The notes: generated from the letters alone by a model not told the origin. DNA of 64,000 bases from Patescibacteria group bacterium (GCA_026004395.1 BPJB01000001.1:15543-79542), one strand, 5' to 3'. Positions 1 to 10,711 are shown, counted from the stretch's first letter. Made by a program: numbers and translations.

Positions 1-1757
1 TTAATAATTGGATTTAGATCCACTCGATGACCGAGATTGGCAAGTGTGCCATTAACAGTTGCCATATCCAGCATAGTGACCTCAGCAGCTCCTAAAGTAA
101 TAGATAGTCCATAATCATCTTTATCCCACGTAGTTATACCCATATCGCGTCCTAAACGCACCATTGCTTGGACACCAATTTGTTGTAAGGTTTTTACTGC
201 AGGAAGGTTGAGTGAGCTTGCTAGAGCAGTTCTAAGAGTTACAGGTCCTCTGTATTTTCCATCATAGTTAACAGGTGTATAAGGTGTTCCTCCTGAGCTA
301 GGGAAGGATGCAGGCGTATCTTGGAGAATGCTTATTGCTGTATATCCTCTGGAAAGTGCTGCACTATAGGTGATAACTTTTACTGTTGATCCGGGCTGTC
401 GTAGTGAGGTGGTGATATTGACATTTCCTCCATTAGGATCTGAAAAATCTTTACTTCCTACCATAACAAGAATATCGCCATTTTTAGGATTGGTTACGAG
501 AGCTGCACCATTGGTGAGATTAAGATACTTAGACTTCTCAACCTCTTCAGCAACAATTTTTTCAACTTTCTCCTGAAGTTTGAGATCAAGAGTAGTGATC
601 ACCTGCAGTCCTCCTTTTTCGACCATTGCCAAGCCATATTTTTTCACCAGAAGATCTTTGATGTAGTTGACAAAGTGGGGAGCACGGAATGCTACCTGTT
701 GTGGTCTGAATGTTAATTTTTCTTTAAGAGCTTCATCTGCTTGTTTTTTGCTAATATACCCAAGCGAGACCATCCGTTTGAGTACCTCTTTTTGACGGTT
801 CTTCCATCTAGTTGGATCTGAACTATAGGGAGAATAGAGGGTGGGTGCTGCTGTAATTCCAGCCAAAAAAGCGCTTTCAGCAAGAGTTAGGTCTTTTACT
901 TTTTTATTGAAATAAACCTCAGATGCTGCTTCAACTCCCCATGCTGTTCCTCCGTACGGAACTTGATTAAAATACATCTCAAGGATCTGCTCTTTAGTGT
1001 AAATACGTTCAGCCCAGAAAGCAAGAATAATTTCTTTTATCTTTCTTTCCCAGCTTTTTTCAGGTGTAAGCATAGATGACTTGATTAACTGCTGAGTTAT
1101 TGTTGATCCTCCTTGAAATATACCTTTTTGTTCAGCATTTTCTTTTAGGGCGCGAATAATGGATGCTATATCAAATCCGGGATGGTTATAAAAATTCTTG
1201 TCTTCAATGGCAAGGGTTGCTTGTTGCAGATACTTGGGAATTTGTGAAAGTGGAACAAGTGTTCGATTCTGTGAAGCATAAATTTCATACAAAAGAATGC
1301 CATTTCTATCAAAAATTTTTGTTGTTTGTGGTATTTGTCGGGTTGTTAATTCGCGAGGATGAGGTAAATCTTGAAGAAATACATACAAAAGTAGAGGAAG
1401 AAAAAGAAAAAGAAAAGAAAAGATAACTCCTATTAGAAAATATTTTAATTTATGCACTATTGGAATGGGAAAGATTTGCACAGTACGTTTCTTGCGTGTT
1501 ATTTTTTTCTTGCTTAGAAATTTTCTGAGTAGTTTTTGCCTTTTGTCAAATAGAATGGCAAATAGATTTTGAAAAGACTGCGTAATGTACTGAATAAATT
1601 TAACTAATCTAACTCCAATGTAGATACTTAGTTTTCGTATTAGTACCAACAGCTTCAAGAAAATCTGAAGTAGCAGTGCAAAAACTGCGATAAGACTATC
1701 GCCAATGCTGATAAGTACAAGAGTAATCCACGCAAGCAAATACAAGATTATTTTCAT
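1..1757 (-). CDS. Class A penicillin-binding protein (PBP1A, transglycosylase/transpeptidase), runs off the window start
   Basis: Manual minus-strand translation from ATG at 1757 (RBS-like AGGAAG upstream): hydrophobic N-terminus, then DLPHPRELTTRQIPQTTKIFDRNG, EDKNFY, GGSTITQQLIK, YFNQVPYGGTAWGVEAA, RQPGSTVK (SxxK), SLN. Confidence 0.92.
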   Translation of the reverse strand, partial: MKIILYLLAWITLVLISIGDSLIAVFALLLQIFLKLLVLIRKLSIYIGVRLVKFIQYITQSFQNLFAILFDKRQKLLRKFLSKKKITRKKRTVQIFPIPIVHKLKYFLIGVIFSFLFLFLPLLLYVFLQDLPHPRELTTRQIPQTTKIFDRNGILLYEIYASQNRTLVPLSQIPKYLQQATLAIEDKNFYNHPGFDIASIIRALKENAEQKGIFQGGSTITQQLIKSSMLTPEKSWERKIKEIILAFWAERIYTKEQILEMYFNQVPYGGTAWGVEAASEVYFNKKVKDLTLAESAFLAGITAAPTLYSPYSSDPTRWKNRQKEVLKRMVSLGYISKKQADEALKEKLTFRPQQVAFRAPHFVNYIKDLLVKKYGLAMVEKGGLQVITTLDLKLQEKVEKIVAEEVEKSKYLNLTNGAALVTNPKNGDILVMVGSKDFSDPNGGNVNITTSLRQPGSTVKVITYSAALSRGYTAISILQDTPASFPSSGGTPYTPVNYDGKYRGPVTLRTALASSLNLPAVKTLQQIGVQAMVRLGRDMGITTWDKDDYGLSITLGAAEVTMLDMATVNGTLANLGHRVDLNPII

Positions 1758-1881
1758 TGACTACTTCCTTTTTATGCTGATTGTGTATTTTAGGTTGATT
1801 TAAAAGCCCAACTGTTAGAAGCAAATTTGGCAAGATTATACTAAAGGCCTTAACTATTGAAAAGAAGGAAAAAAAGATTTT

Positions 1882-2286
1882 TTACAAATTTTGCATTTCT
1901 GCATTTAGTTCTGCAGTATCAACTGTTGGATCCTCAATGATTAAGGATTGTGCTTCTTTCTCTTCATCAGAGGCAGGAGTTGGGGTGGGAGTAGATGTGG
2001 GAATAGTAGATACTCTGTTGGGTACGAGAGTAGATTGTCGTTGTACAGTTGATTGTTGTTCTGCTGATCTAAAAACAATAACTATTGTGAGGATGACAAG
2101 AATTGCAACGAGAATGATAATTCCGATTATTAAAAAAAGCGATTTTTTATTTGCGTTGTCATTCGGTATATTTGGAGGATGAATTGGCTCAGACATAGGA
2201 GGTACTCCTTGTTGAGGAGCAACTTGAGGATTTACCATCTGTTGTGGTAAATGTGATTGAAATTGTTGATTTTGATTTGGATCCAT
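1882..2286 (-). CDS. Hypothetical single-pass membrane protein (Q/P-rich N-terminus, PT stretch)
   Basis: ORF of 134 aa with one TM helix and a TPTPTP linker. Confidence 0.75.
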   Translation of the reverse strand: MDPNQNQQFQSHLPQQMVNPQVAPQQGVPPMSEPIHPPNIPNDNANKKSLFLIIGIIILVAILVILTIVIVFRSAEQQSTVQRQSTLVPNRVSTIPTSTPTPTPASDEEKEAQSLIIEDPTVDTAELNAEMQNL

Positions 2287-2302
2287 AATTATTTATTTTA
2301 GA

Positions 2303-2962
2303 TTATAATGCACCAGCATTGGTTGCTGGATTGATAATTGATTTATTTTTCAGTTTTGCCACTTCTCTTGCTGCTTCAATAACTGATTGTCTGGCTCTGA
2401 TAATCGTTTGATATGTCGCTCTCAAGTCTTCTGTTAGTGTTTTGATAGTCTGTCCTACATTATTTTTCAGATTTGTCTCGTCTTGAATCTGAATGACATA
2501 CTCTTTTTCGCTTTGAGCAGAAACACTTGCTTTGGCAGATTGGAGCTCTTCATAGGCAGTGGCAATTGCTTTATCAGCACTCGTAGTGTCGTATCCTTGC
2601 TGTTTACTCATAGCTGCTTTGGAGGCAATTTTATCTAGAAGAGTTGTTAATTTTGTTAGATGAGCATTCATGCTATTTGTCCTTCTGGTATTGATCATAC
2701 TTATCTTTTCATCTATTCGTATTAAAGTTGCTTGTTTTTTGGTATCTCTAATCAATGTTAGTTTTGTTTTAAATTCCTCGCGTTTTTGTTTAATCAGGGA
2801 TTGCATTTGTTCTTTTTCTTTTTGTATCTGCTGTTTTATATTTTGTATTGATACAGGTTTTCCCCTTTCCTGAGTGGGTGTAGTAGGGATTATCTGTGCT
2901 TTTGCTAAATTTGCAGAGATTAAGAAAAATGCGAGGATGATAGAGAATATAATTTTGTACAT
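2303..2962 (-). CDS. Hypothetical secreted coiled-coil protein
   Basis: Signal peptide ending AKA, then long K/Q/E helical repeats. Confidence 0.75.
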   Translation of the reverse strand: MYKIIFSIILAFFLISANLAKAQIIPTTPTQERGKPVSIQNIKQQIQKEKEQMQSLIKQKREEFKTKLTLIRDTKKQATLIRIDEKISMINTRRTNSMNAHLTKLTTLLDKIASKAAMSKQQGYDTTSADKAIATAYEELQSAKASVSAQSEKEYVIQIQDETNLKNNVGQTIKTLTEDLRATYQTIIRARQSVIEAAREVAKLKNKSIINPATNAGAL

Positions 2963-2995
2963 GTAGTTTTATACTAAAAGACACATTAAAACTTG

Positions 2996-5158
2996 TCAAG
3001 GAGTAGGAGAAGGTGAGGGATGCGGGCAAGTAACACAGTATCTGTTTTGTAAAAGATCAGTGACGATAATTTCTGTCCTCTCTTCAATATTTTCTATTTG
3101 TCCGGGTTTGGCTAGATCATTTGTTGTTTTGTCAATCCAGACTTTTTGTTTGCCGGGGTCAATTTTTTTTGGTTCTTGACCTTTAATGAAGTACTCAAAT
3201 CGTGTGGGGCAGCGATCAGGAGTTCCCTCAGGTGGTGGAAGAAGTCCTGAGTAGGTGCAGACGTAACGTCCAACGATATCAACAGGACGAGCTAGCGCTT
3301 TTACTGGTTTGTTAGAGATCAGATAGGACATTAACTCATGCCAAATTGGTGCTGCGCCTGTAACTCCTGATACAAGTCCACTCATGGGTTGATTGTTGCT
3401 GTTACCTACCCAGACAGCAACAAGATAGTCAGGTGTGTATCCAATTGTCCAGTTGTCTCTAAGGTCGTTGGTTGTTCCTGTTTTGACTGAGACTGGATAA
3501 TTGCCAATTCTAAGTTCTGAGTTTGTTCCAAATGCTTGTGAACGAGCGTTGTTGTCTTTTAAAATATCAGAGATAATAAATGCTACTCCGGATGGTAATA
3601 CTCTCTCTCCAAAAATTGGGCTGTTAGGAGGAGTGTACTCTTCTAGAGTTTTACCATTTTTATCAACTACTTTGAGGATGGGATGCAGATCGATTCTATA
3701 ACCTCCGTTGGCAAATACGCCAAATGCAGTTGCCATCTCCAGCATTGTTACCTCTCCTCCTCCGAGTGTGAGAGATAAACCGTAGCGCTTGGGATCTTGG
3801 AAGGATTTAATCCCCATTGCCGATGCAGTTGCGATCATTGCTTCAATGCCATTAAGCTTGAGCATCTGAACTGCTGGTATATTAAGTGAGTTGGCGAGTG
3901 CTTCACGCATAAGGACAGGACCTCTGAATTTGCCATCATAATTTCTAGGGCAGTAAGGTGCTTGTCCTGGATTAGGAAAACACACAGGCTGATCTATGAA
4001 AACCGTTGCTGTATGATATCCTTTGAGTAACCCCACAGCATAATTGATAGGCTTTATGGATGATCCTGGTTGTCTTGGAGAAAGAGTGATATTCACTTTT
4101 CCATCTATTGAGTCATCAAAATAATCTTTACTCCCAACCATCGCTAAAATTTCACCTGTTCCGGGACGTGTGATTAAAGCTGCGCCATTGGAGACATTAA
4201 GCCTTTTTATCTTCTCAATCTCAGCAGCAACAGTTGCCTGAGCTCTCTCTTGTAATGCCAAATCTAAGCTGGTTGTGACTTTTAACCCTCCTTGTTCAAC
4301 TGTTTTAATTCCGTATTTAGCAACAAGTAAATCTTTTACATAAAAAACAAAATGGGGAGCAAGAATTGGATCTTTTATCTTTTTGTATTGTATGTTTTCT
4401 TTTTCTGCTGCTTCGCGTTCTTTTCTAGTAATATAACCTTCTTTCTCCATTGCTAAAAGGATTTCTTTTTGTCTTTTTTTGGCAAGATAAGGATAAGCTC
4501 CAAATGGTGAATAAGTTGTTGGAGATTCTGGAAGTCCAGCAAGAAGAGCACTCTCGGCAAGTGTTAAATCGCGCGCGCTTTTGCCAAAGTAAGTTTGAGC
4601 AGCTGCTTCTACTCCATAGGCTGTACCACCATAAGGAACTTGATTAAGGTACATCTCAAGTATTTTGTCTTTGGAATAGATTATCTCCGTTGCAAATGCG
4701 AGGAGAATCTCTTTTAATTTTCTTTTAATTGTTCTCTCAGGAGTAAGAAGGCTTGTTTTGACAAGCTGTTGTGTAAGTGTTGATCCTCCTTGAAGCTCTT
4801 TTTTGAATACTGTTGCATAAGCCGCGCGTAACATTCCTTTAAGATCAATTGCGCCGTGTTTGTAGAAGTTTTTGTCTTCAATAGCGATAGTTGCGTACTG
4901 AAGGTGTTTGGGGATTTGTGATAGGGGAATAAAACTTTGGTTTTTATCAGAATAAATAGTATAAAGCAGTTTACCATTGCGATCGTAGATCTTAGTAGAT
5001 TGGGGTAGATTATCACTTGCAAGACGGGTTGGTGAGGGTAAGTCTTTAAATAAATAGATAAATGCTGCTGCAAATAATAGAAATACTGTACCAACAACTA
5101 GAAAAAACTTCCACAGTCTGTGGGATGCAAATTTTTTCCTTATTTGTTGTTTTTTCAT
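2996..5158 (-). CDS. Class A penicillin-binding protein (PBP1A family)
   Basis: EDKNFYKHG, GGSTLTQQLVK, RQPGSSIKP (SxxK), SLN, KTGT motifs; start taken at MKKQ (ATG 5158) just downstream of a -10-like TATTAT. Confidence 0.95.
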   Translation of the reverse strand: MKKQQIRKKFASHRLWKFFLVVGTVFLLFAAAFIYLFKDLPSPTRLASDNLPQSTKIYDRNGKLLYTIYSDKNQSFIPLSQIPKHLQYATIAIEDKNFYKHGAIDLKGMLRAAYATVFKKELQGGSTLTQQLVKTSLLTPERTIKRKLKEILLAFATEIIYSKDKILEMYLNQVPYGGTAYGVEAAAQTYFGKSARDLTLAESALLAGLPESPTTYSPFGAYPYLAKKRQKEILLAMEKEGYITRKEREAAEKENIQYKKIKDPILAPHFVFYVKDLLVAKYGIKTVEQGGLKVTTSLDLALQERAQATVAAEIEKIKRLNVSNGAALITRPGTGEILAMVGSKDYFDDSIDGKVNITLSPRQPGSSIKPINYAVGLLKGYHTATVFIDQPVCFPNPGQAPYCPRNYDGKFRGPVLMREALANSLNIPAVQMLKLNGIEAMIATASAMGIKSFQDPKRYGLSLTLGGGEVTMLEMATAFGVFANGGYRIDLHPILKVVDKNGKTLEEYTPPNSPIFGERVLPSGVAFIISDILKDNNARSQAFGTNSELRIGNYPVSVKTGTTNDLRDNWTIGYTPDYLVAVWVGNSNNQPMSGLVSGVTGAAPIWHELMSYLISNKPVKALARPVDIVGRYVCTYSGLLPPPEGTPDRCPTRFEYFIKGQEPKKIDPGKQKVWIDKTTNDLAKPGQIENIEERTEIIVTDLLQNRYCVTCPHPSPSPTP

Positions 5159-5240
5159 GTGACTATAATAGCATTTGCTCCCAAATTCTGACAATTAAGG
5201 TTAATAGAAAGAGAGTAGAAAGTAGCGTATAATGGTTCAC

Positions 5241-6293
5241 ATGGAGGTTATTCTCTTGGCAATACAGCAATTACTACAATCAGTTTTTTTAGCATTTAAT
5301 CCGCAAAGATTTGGTATTACATTTTTAGATCTTTTAATACTTTTAATAATTATATTTTATGCCTATGAAGGATATATGGTAGGATTTACCATTGCCTTTT
5401 TGGATCTTACAAGTTTTGTTTTGTCTTTTCTTTTAGGACTTAGCCTCTATGATAACGTGGGAAAATTTTTAGTTGAGGTGTTGGCAATGCCTTTGGGTTT
5501 TGCCAATGCAACTGGATTTTTTATTGTAGCCATTGTAAGTGAGATTTTAATCAACATTTTTTTGCGACGTATTGCTATGTACCTACCACGTTTTTCCCAT
5601 GAATCATTAATAAATAGAGTTTATGAGAAAATCTATCATTTTCTTGGAATTTTGCCTGGTATTGCATCAGCTGTTCTTGTTTTATCTTTTCTTCTTGCGC
5701 TTGTAATTGCGCTTCCAACATCATCACATCTGAAAAAGATAGTTACAGAGTCTAAGCTGGGTGGAAGATTGGTTATGCATACATCTAGCCTCGAGAGCAC
5801 TCTGAATAATATTTTTGGAGAAGCTATCCATGATACATTAAATGTCATTACCATTAAGCCTCAGAGTGAGGAGACAGTTAATCTTCATTTTACAGTCTCA
5901 TCTTCAACTATTGATCAGCAGGCAGAGGAAGCAATGTTACAGTTAGTCAATAAGGAAAGGGTAAATAGAGGACTTTTGCCCCTGAAAATGGATTTTAGGC
6001 TGCGCAAATTAGCTCGAGATTATGCACAAGACATGTTGCAGAGAGGATATTTCTCCCATTATAGCCCTGAGGGGCTATCTCCTTTTGATCGTATGACTCA
6101 ATATGGCATAGAATTTACTACAGCTGGGGAGAATCTGGCACTTGCTCCTAGTGTTCAACTTGCGCATCAGGGGCTTATGAAGAGTCCAGGACATAGAGCC
6201 AATATCCTCTCTCCTCATTTTCAAAAAGTGGGTATAGGAGTTATGGATGGGGGAATTTATGGAAAAATGTTTGTTCAGGAATTTACAGACTAA
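5241..6293 (+). CDS. CvpA-family membrane domain fused to CAP/SCP domain
   Basis: N-terminal multi-TM CvpA-like region (DLLIL...GYMVGF); C-terminal CAP motifs NKER, YFSH, GENLA, SPGHRANIL; TATAAT at 5228-5233. Confidence 0.85.
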   Translation: MEVILLAIQQLLQSVFLAFNPQRFGITFLDLLILLIIIFYAYEGYMVGFTIAFLDLTSFVLSFLLGLSLYDNVGKFLVEVLAMPLGFANATGFFIVAIVSEILINIFLRRIAMYLPRFSHESLINRVYEKIYHFLGILPGIASAVLVLSFLLALVIALPTSSHLKKIVTESKLGGRLVMHTSSLESTLNNIFGEAIHDTLNVITIKPQSEETVNLHFTVSSSTIDQQAEEAMLQLVNKERVNRGLLPLKMDFRLRKLARDYAQDMLQRGYFSHYSPEGLSPFDRMTQYGIEFTTAGENLALAPSVQLAHQGLMKSPGHRANILSPHFQKVGIGVMDGGIYGKMFVQEFTD

Positions 6294-6361
6294 TCATTTT
6301 CTTAAGAAAGTGTATTTTTTTAGTTAGTGTAAAAGAGATTGCTAATAAATTGCACATTTTA

Positions 6362-7129
6362 CTACAAAGCAAAGAAGATAAGTATTCCTATTATTGATAA
6401 GAAAATTCCTCCAATTACAGTGATGGGTGTAACTGCACTTCCGGGTTGAGCCATTGTGGGTGTTGGTGTTTCAATTTGAGTTCCAATAGTTGGTGTTGGT
6501 GTCAGTGTTGGCGTAGGTGTATTGGTAGGTGTTGGAGTAGCAGTTGGCGCTGGAGTAGATGTAGGAGTGGGTGTTGCTACCATTCGGGTAGGTGTTGGAG
6601 TTGCAGTAGGTGTTGGTGTCGCTGTTGGAATCGGAGTGGGTGTAGGTGTTGGGGTAGGAGTTGGCAGTGGGCCACCAAGAGGCGGTGTAGGAGTTGAAGT
6701 AGGTGTTGCAGTTGGTGTGGGAGTAGCAGTTGGAGTGGGAGTTACAGAGCAGGTAGCTACAGCATCTCCTACTGGTCCTTCTCCACAAGAATTGATAGCA
6801 TTAACAATACATTGATAAGTTTTATTTGGTTCGATAGTAAATGTGACGAAGGTGACTGGAGTATCAACATTACCTTCCTTAATAAGTGCTCCTGTATTAT
6901 TCTCGATAATTTTGTAATGATAACCAGTTGCTCCATCAACTGCGTCCCATTCACATATTGCCTGATTGGCAACACATGCTGGCGGCGTAGGTGTGGGAGT
7001 AGGAGTGATTTCCTCTGCTCGTTGTCGAATGTCTTGTTGTTGTTGTGATAAATAAACAAGCATACCTACTCCTACTAGAAGGAGGGTACTGATGGTTATT
7101 ACAATAAATAGTTTTTTATTTATCTTCAT
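6362..7129 (-). CDS. Membrane-anchored Pro/Thr-repeat surface protein with FN3-like domain
   Basis: N-terminal TM, QQQQDIRQRA, FN3-like WDAVDGATGY...PNKTYQCIVNA, long PT repeats, C-terminal TM. Confidence 0.8.
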   Translation of the reverse strand: MKINKKLFIVITISTLLLVGVGMLVYLSQQQQDIRQRAEEITPTPTPTPPACVANQAICEWDAVDGATGYHYKIIENNTGALIKEGNVDTPVTFVTFTIEPNKTYQCIVNAINSCGEGPVGDAVATCSVTPTPTATPTPTATPTSTPTPPLGGPLPTPTPTPTPTPIPTATPTPTATPTPTRMVATPTPTSTPAPTATPTPTNTPTPTLTPTPTIGTQIETPTPTMAQPGSAVTPITVIGGIFLSIIGILIFFAL

Positions 7130-8379
7130 AATTCTTCATTGCTGCAATTTGGACATCTAATGCGAACATTAAGTACTTGTTGCGGTACCGGACAGCTACT
7201 AGGTGTTGGAGTTGCAGTTGGAGTCGGTGTAGGTGTATCTGTTGGGGGTGGTCCGCCAATAGGAGGTGTAGGAGTGGGAGTAGGAGTTAAAGTGGGTGTT
7301 AATGTCGGGGTAGGTGTTTGGGTTGGTGTGGGAGATGGGATGACAGGTTGACAGACAGGGATAATATGATAGTAACCATCAATATATTTTTTAAGACCTG
7401 AGTAGTAATTTCCGGGTCTAAAAGATGGTAGGATACTGCCTTCAAATACATCTGTCTGCCAGGCACAATCAGGAAGCGTTACCTCAAAATAAACTGTCTT
7501 TCCGGGAGGAAGTTCATAGGAGATGGCGCTAAAGATGGTTTGTGTCCAAATCCAGTTATACTCCTGAGGACATTCCTCAGGGGTACAGGAAGGATAGGGA
7601 TCAGGATAAGGATAGTATGCTTTGTATGATGCCATCCCAACTGTTCGGGTCGTGCTGCCGTTGTTGGTGATTTTTCCATAGGTTTTGCCATTGACTGGTT
7701 TGTCCATTACGCAGCCATCAAGACCGGGGACAAGTTTGGCATTTTGGTAGCAATAGCTGTCTTGAAAATCAGTAGGTTTGGTTGTTGATGCCTTGCCAAT
7801 ATTATAGGTAGGTGTATCTGATATGGTGTATTCTACAGTCAGCTGATTATTGTCATAGAGTGATTGTCCTTCTGTCGCAAATTTATTGTAATTGATAAAG
7901 GCGCGTGCAACGTATCTGCCTGGTGTTGTTTTGCGAAAAGAAAACGCTTTTGTAAAACGTGATTGTGTAGAGGAACCATAGATAGAAGAGTAGGTAAACT
8001 TTGCTGAGGCTGCAAATTCTCCATTTCTCATAATAATATCTGCGCCTTCATCAGATCCAAAAGAGGCAGGGGTCGCTTTATCGGAGTAAATAGCAGTATA
8101 AGTTATCCCATCTGTTGATTCAGCTTTGGCTCCGCCTTGATTTTTGAGGGTGATTCGCACATAAATATCTTCATCTTTATTAAAAACAGTTTTGACATTT
8201 CCTCCTGCATCGGTTAGTTGTAAGCTTTCAACAACAAGATCTGGTTCTGTTGCTGCTTGTTGAGTGATATTTTGTCTTTGTTGCACTAAAAATACAGCTA
8301 GTGGTATGCCAACTAGCAAGGTTAAAAAAATGGTGAATGAAATAATAATTTTTAATAAATTCACTTCTTTATCCATCAT
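7126..8379 (-). CDS. Surface protein with CARDB-like Ig domain and PT repeats
   Basis: N-terminal TM, PDLVV...ITLKNQG...NN (CARDB-like), PT repeats, Cys-rich C-terminus. Confidence 0.75.
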   Translation of the reverse strand: MMDKEVNLLKIIISFTIFLTLLVGIPLAVFLVQQRQNITQQAATEPDLVVESLQLTDAGGNVKTVFNKDEDIYVRITLKNQGGAKAESTDGITYTAIYSDKATPASFGSDEGADIIMRNGEFAASAKFTYSSIYGSSTQSRFTKAFSFRKTTPGRYVARAFINYNKFATEGQSLYDNNQLTVEYTISDTPTYNIGKASTTKPTDFQDSYCYQNAKLVPGLDGCVMDKPVNGKTYGKITNNGSTTRTVGMASYKAYYPYPDPYPSCTPEECPQEYNWIWTQTIFSAISYELPPGKTVYFEVTLPDCAWQTDVFEGSILPSFRPGNYYSGLKKYIDGYYHIIPVCQPVIPSPTPTQTPTPTLTPTLTPTPTPTPPIGGPPPTDTPTPTPTATPTPSSCPVPQQVLNVRIRCPNCSNEEL

Positions 8380-8637
8380 AGGTAAAAATGCTGTTCATCG
8401 TCAACTGAAGATTAATATTTTTCATATATCAGATAAACACATGATTTTTGATAGTCAAATAAAACCAGAGGAGTTGAGGAAGGAATTATGGCATAATGAT
8501 ACGCTGAGATGCATTGTACACTTGTGGGGTAGAATACTTATTTAAGAAAAAGGAGAGAACCATGTTCACTGAGATATTGATTTTATTTTGTGGTTGTGCT
8601 CTATCAATCCTAGATAACTATTCTATAGGTTAGGTTT

Positions 8638-9711
8638 ATGAGCGGTCATAATTTAGAAAGAAAGGGATATTCTAGTAGTTCACGAATAAACAGACGAAAT
8701 CTTTTCAAAGGACTTGCTGGTCTAGGAGCAGAGAAGGCTCTGATCTCTCCTTTTACTCGTTTTTCAGAATCAGTTAGAGCAGCTGAATCGGTAGGAAAAT
8801 TAGATCTAGCTCTACCTGTAGCCGAAAAAGAACGAGATCCTCGTATAAAAGATCTTCCAGAAACAAAAGTGTTTTTAGGGCGAGATCTAAAAGAAAATAG
8901 AGATAGAATCATACGATTGGATGAAGTTGTCTTAAATACAAAAGACTACACTGAGACTGTAGCACAGAATAGATTGGATATAGCAACAGCAAACCACTTG
9001 GCACGTATTGATGCTTTATGGAACTATATCAATGGTGATCTTGATAAGCTGGAACATATGCTCATAACAGGAGAAATACCACCAGAACCAAATGCAGAAG
9101 AATTTATAGCTAAACTGCAAACAGATGATGATTTTTACCTTCCGATTTTTGCTGTGCGGGAGGGAAAAGAAGTAACATTGGAGAACTTGGAGCTTACGCA
9201 GTTTCTCGTTAGAAGTAAGAGAGATAAGGAAGGAAAAATAAGAGGCGGAGTACGCATACGCTATACAAGTCAGCCACCTCTAATTGTGCAGACAGGTACC
9301 CAGGAGCAGCCAGTTACAGGCTGGACTATACGAGTTACAGAAGAGAATGAGCTACAGTACGATATCTATACTGCAAATGTTTTAGTAAAAGGTTATCCTC
9401 AATACTACTTTAGTATGGGTCTAACTGGACAGATAATATCAGCTTTTGAATCTGCAATATTAACTTTGGGAAATGCCAGCCGAGGGACAAAATTTGGTGA
9501 TCCAGAGCTGAGGACATGGTGGACTAGATACGCTCTACATAATTATGAAGGGAGACGTTCTGAAAATGGATTAGCACTATTTTCTGATGAAGCTGAATTA
9601 TTAGCAGGTGAAATAAAAATAGATAGTAAAGGACAAGCAAGACCTTTTGGTCCACCAGTATTGCTTTTTAAGTCTCCTGATTTAGCAGATACTCCATGGG
9701 GATTCAATTAG
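8638..9711 (+). CDS. Hypothetical protein with twin-arginine-like N-terminus
   Basis: ORF of 357 aa; INRRNLFKGLAGLGA. Confidence 0.7.
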   Translation: MSGHNLERKGYSSSSRINRRNLFKGLAGLGAEKALISPFTRFSESVRAAESVGKLDLALPVAEKERDPRIKDLPETKVFLGRDLKENRDRIIRLDEVVLNTKDYTETVAQNRLDIATANHLARIDALWNYINGDLDKLEHMLITGEIPPEPNAEEFIAKLQTDDDFYLPIFAVREGKEVTLENLELTQFLVRSKRDKEGKIRGGVRIRYTSQPPLIVQTGTQEQPVTGWTIRVTEENELQYDIYTANVLVKGYPQYYFSMGLTGQIISAFESAILTLGNASRGTKFGDPELRTWWTRYALHNYEGRRSENGLALFSDEAELLAGEIKIDSKGQARPFGPPVLLFKSPDLADTPWGFN

Positions 9712-9796
9712 ATTTTTAAAATTTAGATTTTGAAAATGAAAACTTCCATTTTACAAGCATAGCATCCCTAGTGATTTGATCCTCATCTTCCGTACA

Positions 9797-10662
9797 GGTA
9801 ATTAGATATGCGACACCTACTCTTCAGGTATAACAAAATTAAGTGAGAAATGCAATCTTTTGGTATTGTATTTCTCAATCCGCTGTTCTAATGGCAAGTT
9901 TAACTCATTTAGACTCATATATCTGGTATCTGTTAACTGGTAGAATTCTTCATGATCAGTTTTGTGGGATCTTTCCACAACTCCATTTTGATTAGGAGTA
10001 TGAATCCAGATACTGATGTCTGATACTGATTGAAGTCAAGTATTTAACCATCTCAGATTGGAATTCATGGCCATTATCTTTGAATCATCTGAATAGCTAA
10101 TCTTTTCTTTCTTGCTTTAACTGTTAGTCTCTCAATAAAATCAATGGCATTTATTGTGTCTGTAAAGAATATACCTTGGCATACTTCCCTTTAGATACAG
10201 CAACTATAGCATTGTATTGAAATCTTTTGTTGGGCAGGAATTTGATATCCATCTAAACCAGTTTTCCAGGCACAGAAACAGAGTTAAAGAGTTTGTTTTT
10301 TCATCTTTCTCCTGTGCTTTTGGAGTATTAAACCTCTTCTTTTCCACTGGCAGACTTCTACCACCATAGACCAGGGGATGGTATTTAACCTGTTGGGCTT
10401 TCTGGACATTAACTTAATGGTATTTAGGTATTTAGGTTAAATCTTCTGTATCTGGCTCTGATTCTGTAGAAAGTGGCATGATGAATACCAAACAGTCTGC
10501 ACAAATACCTTACATTCTTAGTTTCCATAGCCTCATATGCATCCATCATCTTGAGCCTAAATTTCTCTCTGTCATTTAGAATCACTTCATGATTTCTAAT
10601 CCTCATTTGATACCTCCTCTCACTCACCCATTTTAGAGAAATGTGTCGCATATGTGTTTACA
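9797..10662 (-). mobile_element. Degenerate IS481-family insertion sequence (transposase pseudogene)
   Basis: HTH ORF 10424-10651 (LCRLFGIHHATFYR); downstream broken rve motifs (DNGHEF, TPNQNGVVERSH); imperfect 20-bp inverted repeats at 9797-9816 and 10643-10662 (16/20 identical). Confidence 0.8.
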
Positions 10663-10663
10663 C

Positions 10664-10711
10664 AATTCGTATACTTGACAAACTAAAAATTCGTATACTT
10701 GACAAACTAAA
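10664..10711. repeat. Perfect 24-bp tandem duplication (AATTCGTATACTTGACAAACTAAA x2) containing the -35 TTGACA
   Basis: Read directly; the second TTGACA (10699-10704) is 17 bp from extended -10 TGnTAATAT (10719-10727). Confidence 0.9.

Noticed and set aside
6446-7351. Plus-strand ORFs rich in VGVG or CWC and repeat-like DNA
   Set aside because: Shadow frames of the Pro/Thr repeats on the minus strand; no constant repeat with unique spacers, so not CRISPR
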